A stretch of DNA of 64,000 bases from Cupriavidus sp. (GCA_031180665.1 JAPSLP010000001.1:295259-359258); one strand, 5' to 3'. Shown: positions 51,816 through 62,233, counted from the first letter of the stretch. Notes: generated by a model from the letters alone, not told the origin. Numbers and translations: made by a program.

Positions 51816-52006
51816 ATTGGTCTCCCGTGAAGGTCTCGAAGGTAATCGAATGAGCGGAATCCAATGACGCCAAGCAAGCCTTGCGCCACCGCTGGAATCC
51901 CGTGACATCCGTTGTGCGAGCTGAACCGGGCGGTAAAGATTGCCCCACCCCGAAAAAATGGCGCTCTATCGCGGGGGCCGCCGGACGGCGCGATAATGGA
52001 CACGCC

Positions 52007-52516
52007 ATGCTGCCCAATACGCCGACTATTCCCTCGTTCGAATCCCCGATCGAATTGCTGACCGCCTGCCACGACAAGGTCCGGCGTTTTGCCTCGTTGT
52101 GCGGCCGCCTTGCCGAACACACCGCCCGGCATGGCGCGGACGACCAGGCGCGCACCGCCGCGGCCGGCATCGTCCGATACTTCACGATCGCCGCACCCTT
52201 GCATCACGAGGATGAGGAGGCGGACCTGTTTCCCGCCCTGCGACGGCTTGGCGAGGACGCGCCGATGGCCACGATGCAGGCCCTGGAGGACGACCACGAC
52301 GCGCTCGATGCGCTGTGGGAACAGGCCCGACCCTGGCTGGAGGCCGTGCAGCAGGGCTCGGCCGGCGCTGCGCCGGAAGCCCTGGCCCTGTTCGCCGCGC
52401 GCTACCTGCGGCATATCGAGCGCGAGGAGCGGGAGGTCTTTCCCTTCGCCGCGTGGCTGCCGGAACCGACCTTGCGCGCCATCGGCCAACGGATGGCACA
52501 GCGCCGCGGGGGTTGA
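52007..52516 (+). CDS. Hemerythrin domain protein
   Basis: LLTACHDKV, PLHHEDEEADLFP, DH, HIEREEREVFP. Confidence 0.88.
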   Translation: MLPNTPTIPSFESPIELLTACHDKVRRFASLCGRLAEHTARHGADDQARTAAAGIVRYFTIAAPLHHEDEEADLFPALRRLGEDAPMATMQALEDDHDALDALWEQARPWLEAVQQGSAGAAPEALALFAARYLRHIEREEREVFPFAAWLPEPTLRAIGQRMAQRRGG

Positions 52517-52540
52517 AGGCCGCTCCCCACCGGGCTTGCT

Positions 52541-52580
52541 CGGTTTCCATGTTTCGACTATATTGGAAACATGGAAACCG
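52541..52580. promoter_or_regulatory. Candidate ArsR operator (perfect 15-bp inverted repeat)
   Basis: CGGTTTCCATGTTTC-N10-GAAACATGGAAACCG overlapping the arsR start codon. Confidence 0.7.
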
Positions 52581-52906
52581 ATACCGCGCTCGAAGCACTC
52601 TCCGCCCTCGCCCATTCGGTGCGGCTGGCCGTCTTCCGCATGCTGGTCCAGGCCGGCCCGGAAGGCCTGCCGGCGGGGCGGATCGCCGAATCGATGGAAA
52701 TGCCGGCCTCGTCGCTGTCCTTCCACCTGAAAGAGCTGCATCGCGCCGGCCTGTTGCGCAGCCGCCAGGATGGCCGCTCGATCATCTACATGGCCCGCTT
52801 CGAGACCATGAACGCCTTGCTCGGCTATCTGACGGAGAACTGCTGCGGCGGCAATCCGTGCTCCCCTGTGTCCGGCTGCTCGACCGTGTTGGAGTCGTCG
52901 CGATGA
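52571..52906 (+). CDS. arsR: ArsR repressor (C-terminal CC type)
   Basis: LAHSVRLAVFRML, SSLSFHLKEL, LTENCCGGNPC. Confidence 0.92.
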   Translation: METDTALEALSALAHSVRLAVFRMLVQAGPEGLPAGRIAESMEMPASSLSFHLKELHRAGLLRSRQDGRSIIYMARFETMNALLGYLTENCCGGNPCSPVSGCSTVLESSR

Positions 52907-52986
52907 GGCGCGTGCTTATCCACCGCGGCGTCGCCGACCTGGCGGAGACCCGCCCCGGCCGACCCGACCGACCCGACCGAGCCTGA
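52903..52986 (+). pseudogene. Possible relic of arsI (VOC-family C-As lyase)
   Basis: ATGA-coupled to arsR; MRRVLIHRGVADLAET resembles the ArsI/CadI N-terminus; collapses into a 9-bp tandem repeat. Confidence 0.4.
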
Positions 52987-53048
52987 TCGTTTCCACCCTG
53001 TGCCGGACCGGCTGCGGTCCGGCGCCTCACTGCTTCCCGAGTCTCCCC

Positions 53049-53561
53049 ATGTCCGACAAGACCTTCAACGTGCTGGTGCTGTGCACCGGCAATTCGGCAC
53101 GCAGCGTCATGGCCGAAGCCCTGTTCAACGTGCTCGGCAAGGGCCGCTTCCGGGCCTATAGCGCCGGCAGCCATCCGTCCGGCAAAGTCAACCCGTTCGC
53201 CGCGGAGCGATGCCAGTCGATCGGCTACGACGTGTCGGCGCTGCGCAGCAAGAGCTGGGACGAATTCGCCGCGGCGGATGCGCCGAAGATGGACTTCGTC
53301 ATCACCGTGTGCGACCAGGCCGCCGGCGAGGTCTGCCCGATCTGGCCGGGCACGCCCATCACGGCCCATTGGGGATTCCAGGATCCGGCCGCCTTCGAAG
53401 GATCGGACGAGGAGAAACGCAAGCTCTTCGACAAGGTCTTCCGCCAGATCATGGGCCGCGTCGGCCAGTTCGCGAACCTGCCGCTCCACGTGCTGGACCG
53501 CAACGCGATCCAGCAGGAAATGCGCGCAATCGGCGGACAGGCGGTGGAGCCGAAGGCATGA
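53049..53561 (+). CDS. arsC: Arsenate reductase, LMW-PTP/thioredoxin type
   Basis: VLCTGNSARS, ITVCDQAAGEVCP, HWGFQDP. Confidence 0.92.
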   Translation: MSDKTFNVLVLCTGNSARSVMAEALFNVLGKGRFRAYSAGSHPSGKVNPFAAERCQSIGYDVSALRSKSWDEFAAADAPKMDFVITVCDQAAGEVCPIWPGTPITAHWGFQDPAAFEGSDEEKRKLFDKVFRQIMGRVGQFANLPLHVLDRNAIQQEMRAIGGQAVEPKA

Positions 53562-54634
53562 CGGCGGCGGAGCGGACTACGCAACGGACGGCGACGATAT
53601 CGCCGGCGAGCGGCATCGGTTTTTTCGAGCGCTACCTGACGATCTGGGTCGCGCTGTGCATCGTCGCCGGGATCCTGCTGGGCCAGTGGTTTCCTGGCGT
53701 CTTCCAGGCGATCGGCGCGATGGAAGTCGCGCAGGTCAATCTGCCGGTCGGGCTGCTGATCTGGGTGATGATCATCCCGATGCTGATGAAGATCGACTTT
53801 GGCGCGATGGGCCAGGTCGCGGGCCACTGGCGCGGCATCGGCGTGACGCTGTTCGTCAACTGGCTGGTCAAGCCGTTCTCGATGGCGCTGCTGGCGTGGA
53901 TTTTCGTGCGGCATCTGTTTGCGCCCTGGCTGCCGGCCGAACAGCTGGACAGCTATGTGGCGGGCCTGATCCTGCTGGCGGCGGCGCCCTGCACCGCGAT
54001 GGTTTTCGTCTGGTCGCAGCTGTGCAAGGGCGATCCGTATTTCACGCTGTCGCAGGTCGCGGTCAACGACGCCATCATGGTGGTGGCATTCGCGCCGGTG
54101 GTCGGGCTGCTGCTCGGGCTGTCGTCGATCACGGTGCCGTGGGACACGCTCATCGTCTCGGTGGTGCTGTACATCGTCATCCCGGTCTTGATCGCCCAGG
54201 CCATCCGCAAGGTGTTGCTGGCGCGCGGCGAAGCGACCTATCGGCGCGTGACCGGCGCGCTGGGCCCGTATTCGATCGCCGCGCTGCTGGCGACGCTGGT
54301 GCTGCTGTTCGGCTTCCAGGGCAATGCGATCGTCGAGCAGCCGCTGATCATCCTGCTGCTGGCAGTGCCGATCCTGATCCAGGTCGTGCTGAACTCGGGC
54401 CTGGCCTATTTCCTGAACCGCAAGCTGGGCGTGGCGCATTGTGTCGCCGGCCCGTCCGCGCTGATCGGCGCCAGCAACTTCTTCGAGCTGGCCGTCGCCA
54501 CGGCAATCAGCCTGTTCGGCTTCGAATCCGGCGCGGCGCTGGCCACCGTGGTTGGCGTGCTGATCGAGGTGCCGATCATGCTGCTGGTCGTCGGCGTGGT
54601 CAATCGCTCGCAACGCTGGTACGAAGCCTCCTGA
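53558..54634 (+). CDS. acr3: Acr3 arsenite efflux transporter
   Basis: FFERYLTIWV, NWLVKPFSM, AAAPCTAMVFVW, GASNFFELAVA. Confidence 0.95.
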   Translation: MTAAERTTQRTATISPASGIGFFERYLTIWVALCIVAGILLGQWFPGVFQAIGAMEVAQVNLPVGLLIWVMIIPMLMKIDFGAMGQVAGHWRGIGVTLFVNWLVKPFSMALLAWIFVRHLFAPWLPAEQLDSYVAGLILLAAAPCTAMVFVWSQLCKGDPYFTLSQVAVNDAIMVVAFAPVVGLLLGLSSITVPWDTLIVSVVLYIVIPVLIAQAIRKVLLARGEATYRRVTGALGPYSIAALLATLVLLFGFQGNAIVEQPLIILLLAVPILIQVVLNSGLAYFLNRKLGVAHCVAGPSALIGASNFFELAVATAISLFGFESGAALATVVGVLIEVPIMLLVVGVVNRSQRWYEAS

Positions 54635-54654
54635 ACAACGCCATGTCCGCCGTC

Positions 54655-55083
54655 ATGTCCACTGTCACGATCTATCACAACCCCGCCTGCGGCACGTCCC
54701 GCAACACACTGGCAATGATTCGCAACGCCGGCATCGAACCGACGGTGATCGAGTACCTGAAGACGCCGCCGACACGCGCCGAACTCGAAGGCATGATCCG
54801 GCAGGCCGGCCTGGCCGTGCGCGAAGCCATTCGCGAAAACGGCACGCCCTATGCCCAGCTGGGACTCGACAACCCGTCGCTGACCGATGATCAGCTGCTC
54901 GACGCGATGATGGCGCACCCGATCCTGATCAATCGTCCCTTCGTGGTCACCGCGCTCGGCGTTCGGCTCTGCAGGCCCTCCGAGGTGGTGCTCGACATCC
55001 TGCCGTCGCCGCAACAAGGGCCGTTTGCCAAGGAGGATGGCGAGGTGGTCGTCGACGCCAGCGGCCGGAAAGTCAGCCGATGA
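54655..55083 (+). CDS. arsC: Arsenate reductase, glutaredoxin type
   Basis: [29 protein letters not shown]. Confidence 0.93.
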   Translation: MSTVTIYHNPACGTSRNTLAMIRNAGIEPTVIEYLKTPPTRAELEGMIRQAGLAVREAIRENGTPYAQLGLDNPSLTDDQLLDAMMAHPILINRPFVVTALGVRLCRPSEVVLDILPSPQQGPFAKEDGEVVVDASGRKVSR

Positions 55084-55844
55084 GCGCCGACCTGCCCAAC
55101 GTCGTGCCGTCGCTGCTCGACGTCCCCGATCCGCGCAAGCTCGAACCGGCCAAGACCAGCACCCACGCGCCGCGCATCCTGCTGCTCTACGGGTCGCTGC
55201 GCCCGACCTCGTACAGCCGGCTGCTGACGCTGGAGGCCGAACGCATCCTCAAGCGCCTGGGCGCCGAAACGCGCGTGTTCGATCCGCACGCGCTGCCGAT
55301 CGCCGACAGCGTGCCGGCGGACCACCCCAAGGTCGCCGAACTGCGCAAGCTGTCCGAATGGTCGGAAGGACAGGTCTGGTGCAGCCCGGAACGCCACGGC
55401 ACGTTGACCGCGGTCTTCAAGAACCAGATCGACTGGCTGCCGCTGGAGAGCGGCGGTATTCGCCCGACCCAGGGCCGCACGCTGGCGGTGATGCAGGTCT
55501 GCGGCGGCTCGCAATCCTTCAACGCGGTCAATGCGCTGCGCGTACTGGGCCGCTGGATGCGGATGATCACGATCCCGAACCAGTCGTCGGTCCCGAAGGC
55601 GTATCAGGAATTCGACGCGGATGGCCGCATGAAGCCGTCGCCGTATTACGACCGCGTGGTCGACGTCATGGAGGAACTGATCAAGTTCACGCTGCTGACG
55701 CGCGACCGCTCGGACTATCTGACCGATCGCTACAGCGAGCGCAAGGAGGCCGCGCCGCCGGTCGCGACGACGCTCGCCGCGGCGGCGATGCGCCACGAGC
55801 AGGACGCCAAGGCGGGCGACACCGACGACGGCGAGGTCGAATGA
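55080..55844 (+). CDS. arsH: NADPH-dependent FMN reductase ArsH
   Basis: [41 protein letters not shown]. Confidence 0.95.
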   Translation: MSADLPNVVPSLLDVPDPRKLEPAKTSTHAPRILLLYGSLRPTSYSRLLTLEAERILKRLGAETRVFDPHALPIADSVPADHPKVAELRKLSEWSEGQVWCSPERHGTLTAVFKNQIDWLPLESGGIRPTQGRTLAVMQVCGGSQSFNAVNALRVLGRWMRMITIPNQSSVPKAYQEFDADGRMKPSPYYDRVVDVMEELIKFTLLTRDRSDYLTDRYSERKEAAPPVATTLAAAAMRHEQDAKAGDTDDGEVE

Positions 55845-55916
55845 GGCGGCTTCACGGGCGGAAGGAATGCGATACCGCCCGCTCTGCCTGGCCGGATCCT
55901 GCAACGCGACCGTCCG

Positions 55917-56372
55917 CTACTGCGCCAGCGCGGCCTGCGGCGTATTGCGAAAGCTGATCGCCATGCGGTTGTACAGGTTCATCACGCCAATCGCGATGGT
56001 CAGGTCGACGAGTTCCCGTTCGTCGAATACCGCCCGCGCGGCCTGGTAGTCCGCATCCGGCACACCGGTCTGCGCCACGCGCGTCACCGATTCGGCCCAC
56101 GCCAGCGCGGCACGCTCGCGCTCGTCGAACAGATCGCCCGCCTCGGCCCAAGCCTGGACCAATGCAAGCTTCTCGACCTTCACGCCCTTCTTCAGCAGGT
56201 CGCGCGTATGCATGTCGAGGCAGTAGGCGCAATTGTTGATCTGCGACACGCGCAGATAGACCAGGTCGACCAGCACCGGCGACAGCTCGGTCTGCATCAC
56301 GTAGCCGTAGGCACCGCCCAGGGCCTTCATCCCGGCCGGGGCAATCTGGTTGTAGTCGAGGCGCTTGCTCAT
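55917..56372 (-). CDS. Carboxymuconolactone decarboxylase/AhpD family protein
   Basis: LVYLRVSQINNCAYCLDMH; ERERAALAWAE; MNLYNRM. Confidence 0.9.
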   Translation of the reverse strand: MSKRLDYNQIAPAGMKALGGAYGYVMQTELSPVLVDLVYLRVSQINNCAYCLDMHTRDLLKKGVKVEKLALVQAWAEAGDLFDERERAALAWAESVTRVAQTGVPDADYQAARAVFDERELVDLTIAIGVMNLYNRMAISFRNTPQAALAQ

Positions 56373-56824
56373 GGCATGGACTCCTTGTTCGCAGAGGTAT
56401 GGATCGGGGTGGTCAGTATCTTGTCGTCGGTGTCGACGACGAACACGGCCAGCAGCTTCGCCGGCTCGGTCGCGCTGGCATTGCGGCTGACCGGATGACG
56501 CGAGCCCGGCGACTCGCTGAAGCTTTCGCCCGCCCGATAGATGCGCTTCGGTCCGTCGTTGACCTGCGACTCGACGGCGCCCGAAACGACATAGCCGTAG
56601 ATGAACGCGGATTTCGCATGCACATGCGAGGGCGACGCGGCGCCGGGCGCGTAGTCGACCACCACGGCCACCAATGACTTGCCCGGAATGTTGGGGATCG
56701 GCTGGTTGAAGTTTGGGGTAACGGTTTCCCCCGCTGCGTGGCCGAAGGCCGGCATGGCCCAGGCGAAGGCAGCGGCGGCATAAGCGGCGGCACAGGCGAC
56801 GCCGATCACAGATCGGATATTCAT
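56369..56824 (-). CDS. Cupin domain protein (signal peptide)
   Basis: SPSHVHAKSAFIYGYVVSG, GESFSESPGSRH. Confidence 0.88.
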   Translation of the reverse strand: MNIRSVIGVACAAAYAAAAFAWAMPAFGHAAGETVTPNFNQPIPNIPGKSLVAVVVDYAPGAASPSHVHAKSAFIYGYVVSGAVESQVNDGPKRIYRAGESFSESPGSRHPVSRNASATEPAKLLAVFVVDTDDKILTTPIHTSANKESMP

Positions 56825-56937
56825 GAGGCTCTCCAGATGGGTGTTCCCATTCTGGCCTTGCGCTGGTACAAATAAAAGAACCAAGAATCATCGATTTTTA
56901 TGTACCACGGGAGAACAGACGTACCACGGAGCCAGCC

Positions 56938-58353
56938 ATGACCCAGCCCCTGCATCTCGCCCTGGACCGGTCCGCCAGGACGCCGCTGGCCGAACAGATC
57001 CGCAGCGGCATCAGCACGGCCATCGAGAGCGGCGTGCTGGCGCCCGGCGCGCGCTTGCCCTCCTGGCAGGACCTTGCCACCCAGCTCGGCGTCGCGCGCG
57101 GCACCGTGAAGACGGCCTACGAAAAGCTGGCGGACGCGCAACTCGTGGTCGCATCGCGCGCCAACGGCACCCGGGTTGCCGAACGGCCTGCGCTGCGGGC
57201 CGATGCCGACGACCGGCCCGATCCCGGCTCGTTCATGGACCGGTATCTGGAATTCATGGCCGGGCCGGCCATCTTCCAGATGGGTGTACCCGCCCAGCAG
57301 AGCCTGCCGGCGAAGCTGTTCTCGCGGGTGCGCGCCCACGCGGCGCGCGCGGAACTGGGCGCCGCCTCGCTCTACCCCGACCCGCGCGGCGAACCGGCGC
57401 TGCGGCGCGAAATCGCCGCCTACCTCGCCATCGCGCGCGGCATCCCGTGTTTGCCCTCGCAGATCCTGATCACCGGCGGATTTGCCGGCGGCCTGGGCCT
57501 GGCTTTGCGCGTGCTCGGCATCGACGGGCGCAAGGCGTGGACCGAAGACCCCGGGTTTCCGTACACGCGCCGAGGGCTGGAGCTGGCGGGGTTGTCGCTG
57601 GTGCCGGTGCCGGTGGACGCAGATGGCATCGATGTCGACTACGGCCTGGAGCACGCCGCGGACGCGGCGTTGGTCGTGCTGACGCCCGGGCAACAGGCCC
57701 CGCTCGGCGGCACGCTGTCGTTGCCTCGGCGCCTGCAGTTGCTCGATTGGGCCGCGGCGCAAGGCGCCTGGGTTATCGAAGACGACTACCTCAGCGAGCT
57801 GCGGCTGGAAGGTCGCGCCGCGCCCGCCCTCGCCTCGCTGGACCGCGCCGGACGCGTGATTCACATCGGCTCGTTCAGCAAGACCATCAGCCCGGCATTG
57901 CGCCTGGGTTTTGTGGTCGCGCCCTTGTCGCTGGTGCCCCGGTTCGCGGAAATGGCGGCCTGCCTGGCCCCCGCACCGGCGCCGTCCATCCAGCTCGCGA
58001 CCGCCGAGTTCATGCACGATGGCCATTATCTGCGGCACCTGCGGCGCACCAAGCGGCTATATGCATCGCAACGCGATGGGCTGCTGGCGTACCTGCGGCC
58101 GCGCGTCGGCGCCGCGGTGGACCCCACCGGGCTGGCCGTGCTGCTGCGGCTGCCGGACGGCACCGACGACGTATCGATCGTGAAGGAAACGGCGAGCTTC
58201 GGCATCGCGCCCTCGCCGCTGTCGGTCTGGTATCCGTCCGCCGCAGGCGCGCGTTCGGGGCTGTTGCTCGGTATTGCAACTGCGCCGCCGAAGCAGGTCG
58301 CGGCGTCCTGCGATCGTCTGCTCGAGGTCGTCGAGCGCTTTCGGCAGCGGTAG
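56938..58353 (+). CDS. MocR/GabR family PLP-dependent regulator
   Basis: GntR HTH (RLPSWQDLATQLGVARGTV) plus aminotransferase domain (EDPG, IEDDY, GSFSKT). Confidence 0.93.
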   Translation: MTQPLHLALDRSARTPLAEQIRSGISTAIESGVLAPGARLPSWQDLATQLGVARGTVKTAYEKLADAQLVVASRANGTRVAERPALRADADDRPDPGSFMDRYLEFMAGPAIFQMGVPAQQSLPAKLFSRVRAHAARAELGAASLYPDPRGEPALRREIAAYLAIARGIPCLPSQILITGGFAGGLGLALRVLGIDGRKAWTEDPGFPYTRRGLELAGLSLVPVPVDADGIDVDYGLEHAADAALVVLTPGQQAPLGGTLSLPRRLQLLDWAAAQGAWVIEDDYLSELRLEGRAAPALASLDRAGRVIHIGSFSKTISPALRLGFVVAPLSLVPRFAEMAACLAPAPAPSIQLATAEFMHDGHYLRHLRRTKRLYASQRDGLLAYLRPRVGAAVDPTGLAVLLRLPDGTDDVSIVKETASFGIAPSPLSVWYPSAAGARSGLLLGIATAPPKQVAASCDRLLEVVERFRQR

Positions 58354-58611
58354 TGTGACGGCGCTACGACCACGGCCACCGAGATCAAGCCCACGCGAGA
58401 TAGCGACTAATTAGGCACTTTTGGAACCGCGTTAGCCGACGTATGTATAATTCCGGGCTTTCCGGTGCCGGCGGCGTCCACTCGCGTTGGCTGCGACGCC
58501 CCGTCATGGCCTTGCCCACTCCCTCGCGGCATGGCGCGACGCCCGGCACGCATCGGATGACCCACGGCAACGTCCGGCGCCCGCAGGCGCCGGCTCAAAG
58601 GTGCTCCCCTC

Positions 58612-61041
58612 ATGCGTCGATTTCCCGGAATGGCGTTCAGCCTGCTGCTGATCGTCTTTTTGCATCTGTTACCTGCGGCGGCGCCGGTGGCCTTCGGCGC
58701 GGACGAGCCGTCCCAGACCGAGGACAAGCCCGCCGCCCCGTTTTCCGCCGCGGCGGCGAGCGCGGAACTGAAGCGGCTGCAGACCGAACAGGACCGCATC
58801 AAGCAGCAAGCCTCCAAGGACACCAGCGGCAACCAGCTGACCGAGCTCGACGACGCCGTCCACCGGCTGCTGGCGGACGTCGATACGCTGAGCGGCACGC
58901 TGGTAGCCGAGCGCGCCAAGGTGCAGGCACAGATCGATCTGCTGGGCCCGCCGCCGGCCGACGGCAGCGGGTCGGAGGCGCCCGCCGTGGCCCGCCAGCG
59001 CGCCGAACTGAACGGGCGCGCCAAGGCGCTCGACGAGCAGTTGAAGAAGGCCGAGGAGGACAAGGAAAGCCTGGGCAACCTGACCGAGCAGATCGCCAAG
59101 CTGCAGCGCGGGCATCTGAAGGACCAGGTTGCCCTGCGCTCCAACAGCATCCTCAGCGGCGACTTCTGGATGCCGGCACTGGACCCGAGCCGGCAGGACC
59201 GGCAGCGCTTCGAGTCGCTGCGCTCGCTTCTGACGCCGATGGCGAAACAGGCCTGGGACGCCGAGCACCGGACCGGCACGGTGATGCTGCTGGCGCTGGC
59301 CTTCGCCATCTGGTCGCTGGGACGCCGGCTGATCGAGCGCGGCATGGCGCGGGTTTGCCTGCACCGGCTGCCGGAGCACCGGCTGCGGCGCAGCGCGCTG
59401 GCGCTGTCGACCGCGCTGGCCACGGTGCTGACGACCGCGCTGGCGGTGCGCATCGTGCTGTTCGCTTTCACCCGCGACTACGAGCTGTCCGAGCCCATGC
59501 GCGACCTGGCCGACGAGCTGATCAAGCTGACCATGACCAGCGCGCTGATCGCCGGCCTGGGCCGGGCGCTGCTGTGCACGCGCCATCCGACCTGGCGCCT
59601 GCCGTCGCTGCACGACGACATCGCCCGCGCACTGCGCCCCTTCCCGATCGTGCTGGCCGGCCTGCTGTTGCTGGCAGGCACCATCGAGCAGCTGAACCGC
59701 ACCATCGATACCAGCGTCCAGGTCACGCTGTTCGGCCGCGGCCTGGTCTCGCTGGTGGTGACGCTGACGATCGGCGCCGCGCTGCTGCGCGCCAACCGCG
59801 TGCGCGCCGCGCTGGTCGCCGCCGGCGAGCGGCCCGGCAGCGGTTCGACGCTGACCGGCATCGTGCTGGCAGGCCTGACCGCCACCATCGTGGTGACGCT
59901 GGCGGCCCTGGTGACCGGCTATATCACGTTCGCGCGCTTCCTGACCTACGAGATCGTCTGGTTCGACATCGTGCTGTGCAGCCTGTATCTGCTGACCAAG
60001 CTGACGCGCGATGCCTGCGAGAGCCTGTTCTCGGTCAACTATTCGAGCGGCCGCATCATCAAGCAGCTGTTCGGGCTCGGCGACAGCCATCTGGACCAGG
60101 TGTCGACCGTGTTGTCGGGGCTGGGCTCGAGCCTGCTGCTGTTACTGGCGGTGATCGCGCTGCTGACCGGGGGCTTCGGCACCACGCCCAAGGACCTGCT
60201 CGACAGCCTGCTGATGGTGCTGGGCGGCGAGCGGCTGCGGGCGATGAACATCATGCCCGAGCGCATCCTGAACGCGGTGATCGCCACCGGCGTGGGCGTC
60301 TATATCCTGCGCTCGGTGCGCCGCTGGCTCGATGCGGACCTGCTGCCCAAGACCGGCATGGAGCCCGGCATGCGGGCCTCGCTGGTGACGCTGTTCAGCA
60401 ATATCGGCTATGTGCTGCTGGTGCTGATGACGCTGTCGCTGCTGGGCGTGCGCTGGGACAACCTGGCCTGGATCGTCAGCGCGCTGTCGGTCGGCATCGG
60501 CTTCGGCCTGCAGGAGATCGTCAAGAACTTTATCTCGGGGCTGATCCTGCTGACGGAGCGCCCGGTCAAGGTCGGCGACATGGTCAATATCGGCGGCGTC
60601 GAGGGCGACATCCGCCGCATCAGCGTGCGGGCCACCGAGATCCAGCTGGGCGACCGCTCGACGATGATCGTGCCGAACTCGCAGCTGATCTCGCAGAGCG
60701 TGCGCAACGTGACGATGAACAACAGCACGCTGGGCGTGGCGTCGCTGACGCTGACCTTCCCGCTGAACATCGACCCGGAGGAGGTACGCGACATGCTGCT
60801 CGCCGCCTACGCGGACAACGAGGCCATCCTGGACTATCCCGCGCCGTCGGTGACCTTCAGCCAGCTGGCACCGAACGGCATCACGCTGACCGTGACCGGT
60901 TTCGTCTCCAGCCCGCGCATTGCCGGCGGCACCAAGAGCGATCTGCTGTTCGACATCCTGAAGCGGCTGCGCGCGGCGGAGATTCCGCTGACGCATCCGC
61001 AGACGCTGCGGCTGGTCAATTCGGAGGTACTGGCGGCCTGA
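58612..61041 (+). CDS. MscS/MscK-family mechanosensitive channel (DUF3772 type)
   Basis: Signal peptide, coiled coil, many TMs; ALSVGIGFGLQEIVKNFISGLILLTERPVKVGD. Confidence 0.92.
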   Translation: MRRFPGMAFSLLLIVFLHLLPAAAPVAFGADEPSQTEDKPAAPFSAAAASAELKRLQTEQDRIKQQASKDTSGNQLTELDDAVHRLLADVDTLSGTLVAERAKVQAQIDLLGPPPADGSGSEAPAVARQRAELNGRAKALDEQLKKAEEDKESLGNLTEQIAKLQRGHLKDQVALRSNSILSGDFWMPALDPSRQDRQRFESLRSLLTPMAKQAWDAEHRTGTVMLLALAFAIWSLGRRLIERGMARVCLHRLPEHRLRRSALALSTALATVLTTALAVRIVLFAFTRDYELSEPMRDLADELIKLTMTSALIAGLGRALLCTRHPTWRLPSLHDDIARALRPFPIVLAGLLLLAGTIEQLNRTIDTSVQVTLFGRGLVSLVVTLTIGAALLRANRVRAALVAAGERPGSGSTLTGIVLAGLTATIVVTLAALVTGYITFARFLTYEIVWFDIVLCSLYLLTKLTRDACESLFSVNYSSGRIIKQLFGLGDSHLDQVSTVLSGLGSSLLLLLAVIALLTGGFGTTPKDLLDSLLMVLGGERLRAMNIMPERILNAVIATGVGVYILRSVRRWLDADLLPKTGMEPGMRASLVTLFSNIGYVLLVLMTLSLLGVRWDNLAWIVSALSVGIGFGLQEIVKNFISGLILLTERPVKVGDMVNIGGVEGDIRRISVRATEIQLGDRSTMIVPNSQLISQSVRNVTMNNSTLGVASLTLTFPLNIDPEEVRDMLLAAYADNEAILDYPAPSVTFSQLAPNGITLTVTGFVSSPRIAGGTKSDLLFDILKRLRAAEIPLTHPQTLRLVNSEVLAA

Positions 61042-61171
61042 TCCCGCGGCCGCCCGCGCGGCCCGGGCCGGCCGTTATTTCCTGCCAGTTAGCCTTGTGT
61101 TGCCTGGCAGGCGCCCAATCCCCCGGCGCCAACGCACTAGAATGGCGCGATTCCCGTTCCGAGATCGCGCC

Positions 61172-62065
61172 GTGGACCTTTCCCTCTTTCCGCAATTCCG
61201 CAGCATCGACGTCGACACCGACGGCGAAGTCAAGATCCATGCCGTCGTCGGGGGCGACGGGCCGCCGCTGCTGCTGCTGCATGGCCATCCGCAGACGCAT
61301 GCGATCTGGCACAAGGTCGCGCCGACGCTGGCGCAACGGTTCACCGTGGTGGCTTGCGATCTGCGCGGCTACGGCGATTCTTCCAAGCCGGCCGGCACCG
61401 GTGACCACGGCAACTACAGCAAGCGCACGATGGCGCGCGACGCGCTGCGCGTGATGCAGTCGCTGGGCTTCGAGCGCTTTCGCGTGCTGGCGCACGACCG
61501 CGGCGCGCGCGTGGCGCACCGGCTCGGCATGGATCATCCCGCCGCGGTCGAGGGGATGGTGCTGCTCGATATCGCGCCGACGCTGGCGATGTACGAGCAG
61601 ACCACCGAGGCCTTCGCCCGCGCGTATTGGCACTGGTTCTTCCTGATCCAGCCGGCGCCCCTGCCCGAGCGGCTGATCGAGGCCGATCCGTCGCGCTATA
61701 TCCGCGACCTGATGGGCGGCCGCAGCGCCGGCCTGAGCCCCTTCGATCCGCGCGCGCTGCGCGAGTACGAACGCTGCGCCGCCCTGCCCGGTGCCGCGCA
61801 TGGCGTCTGCGAAGACTACCGCGCGGCGGCCGGCATCGATCTCGAGCACGACCGCGCCGATCGCGAGGCCGGCAAGCGGCTGACGATGCCGCTGCTGGTG
61901 CTGTGGGGCGAACAGGGCGTGGTCCACCGCTGCTTCCAGCCGCTGCAGGAATGGCAGCGGGTGGCGGCCGATGTCGACGGCGGCCCGCTGCCGTGCGGGC
62001 ACTACATTGCCGAGGAAGCGCCCGACGCGCTGCTGGCGCGCGCGCTGCCGTTCCTCGAGAAATAG
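61172..62065 (+). CDS. Alpha/beta hydrolase, haloacetate/fluoroacetate dehalogenase-like
   Basis: LLHGHPQTH, DLRGYGDS, AHDRGARV, LLDI, YWHWFF, CEDYRA, CGHY. Start may instead be ATG 61142. Confidence 0.85.
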   Translation: MDLSLFPQFRSIDVDTDGEVKIHAVVGGDGPPLLLLHGHPQTHAIWHKVAPTLAQRFTVVACDLRGYGDSSKPAGTGDHGNYSKRTMARDALRVMQSLGFERFRVLAHDRGARVAHRLGMDHPAAVEGMVLLDIAPTLAMYEQTTEAFARAYWHWFFLIQPAPLPERLIEADPSRYIRDLMGGRSAGLSPFDPRALREYERCAALPGAAHGVCEDYRAAAGIDLEHDRADREAGKRLTMPLLVLWGEQGVVHRCFQPLQEWQRVAADVDGGPLPCGHYIAEEAPDALLARALPFLEK

Positions 62066-62233
62066 GGTCCCGCGGCGTCCCGGCCATCAGCGGCGATAAG
62101 CCGCGCTTATGGCCGTAGTCGCAGATTGAATTTCCCGCCAGGGTTCTCCTTCGGTAAAGTCGCTCGCGCATTGGACTGGGTCAATGGCATTTGGCGCCAC
62201 GACCCGCGTGCACGACAACAAGGAGGAGATCTC

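Noticed and set aside
58443-61454. 1003-aa + strand ORF overlapping the MscS gene
   Set aside because: Alternative frame, Arg/Ala/Gly/Pro-rich and without motifs; the 58612-61041 frame has the channel signature.
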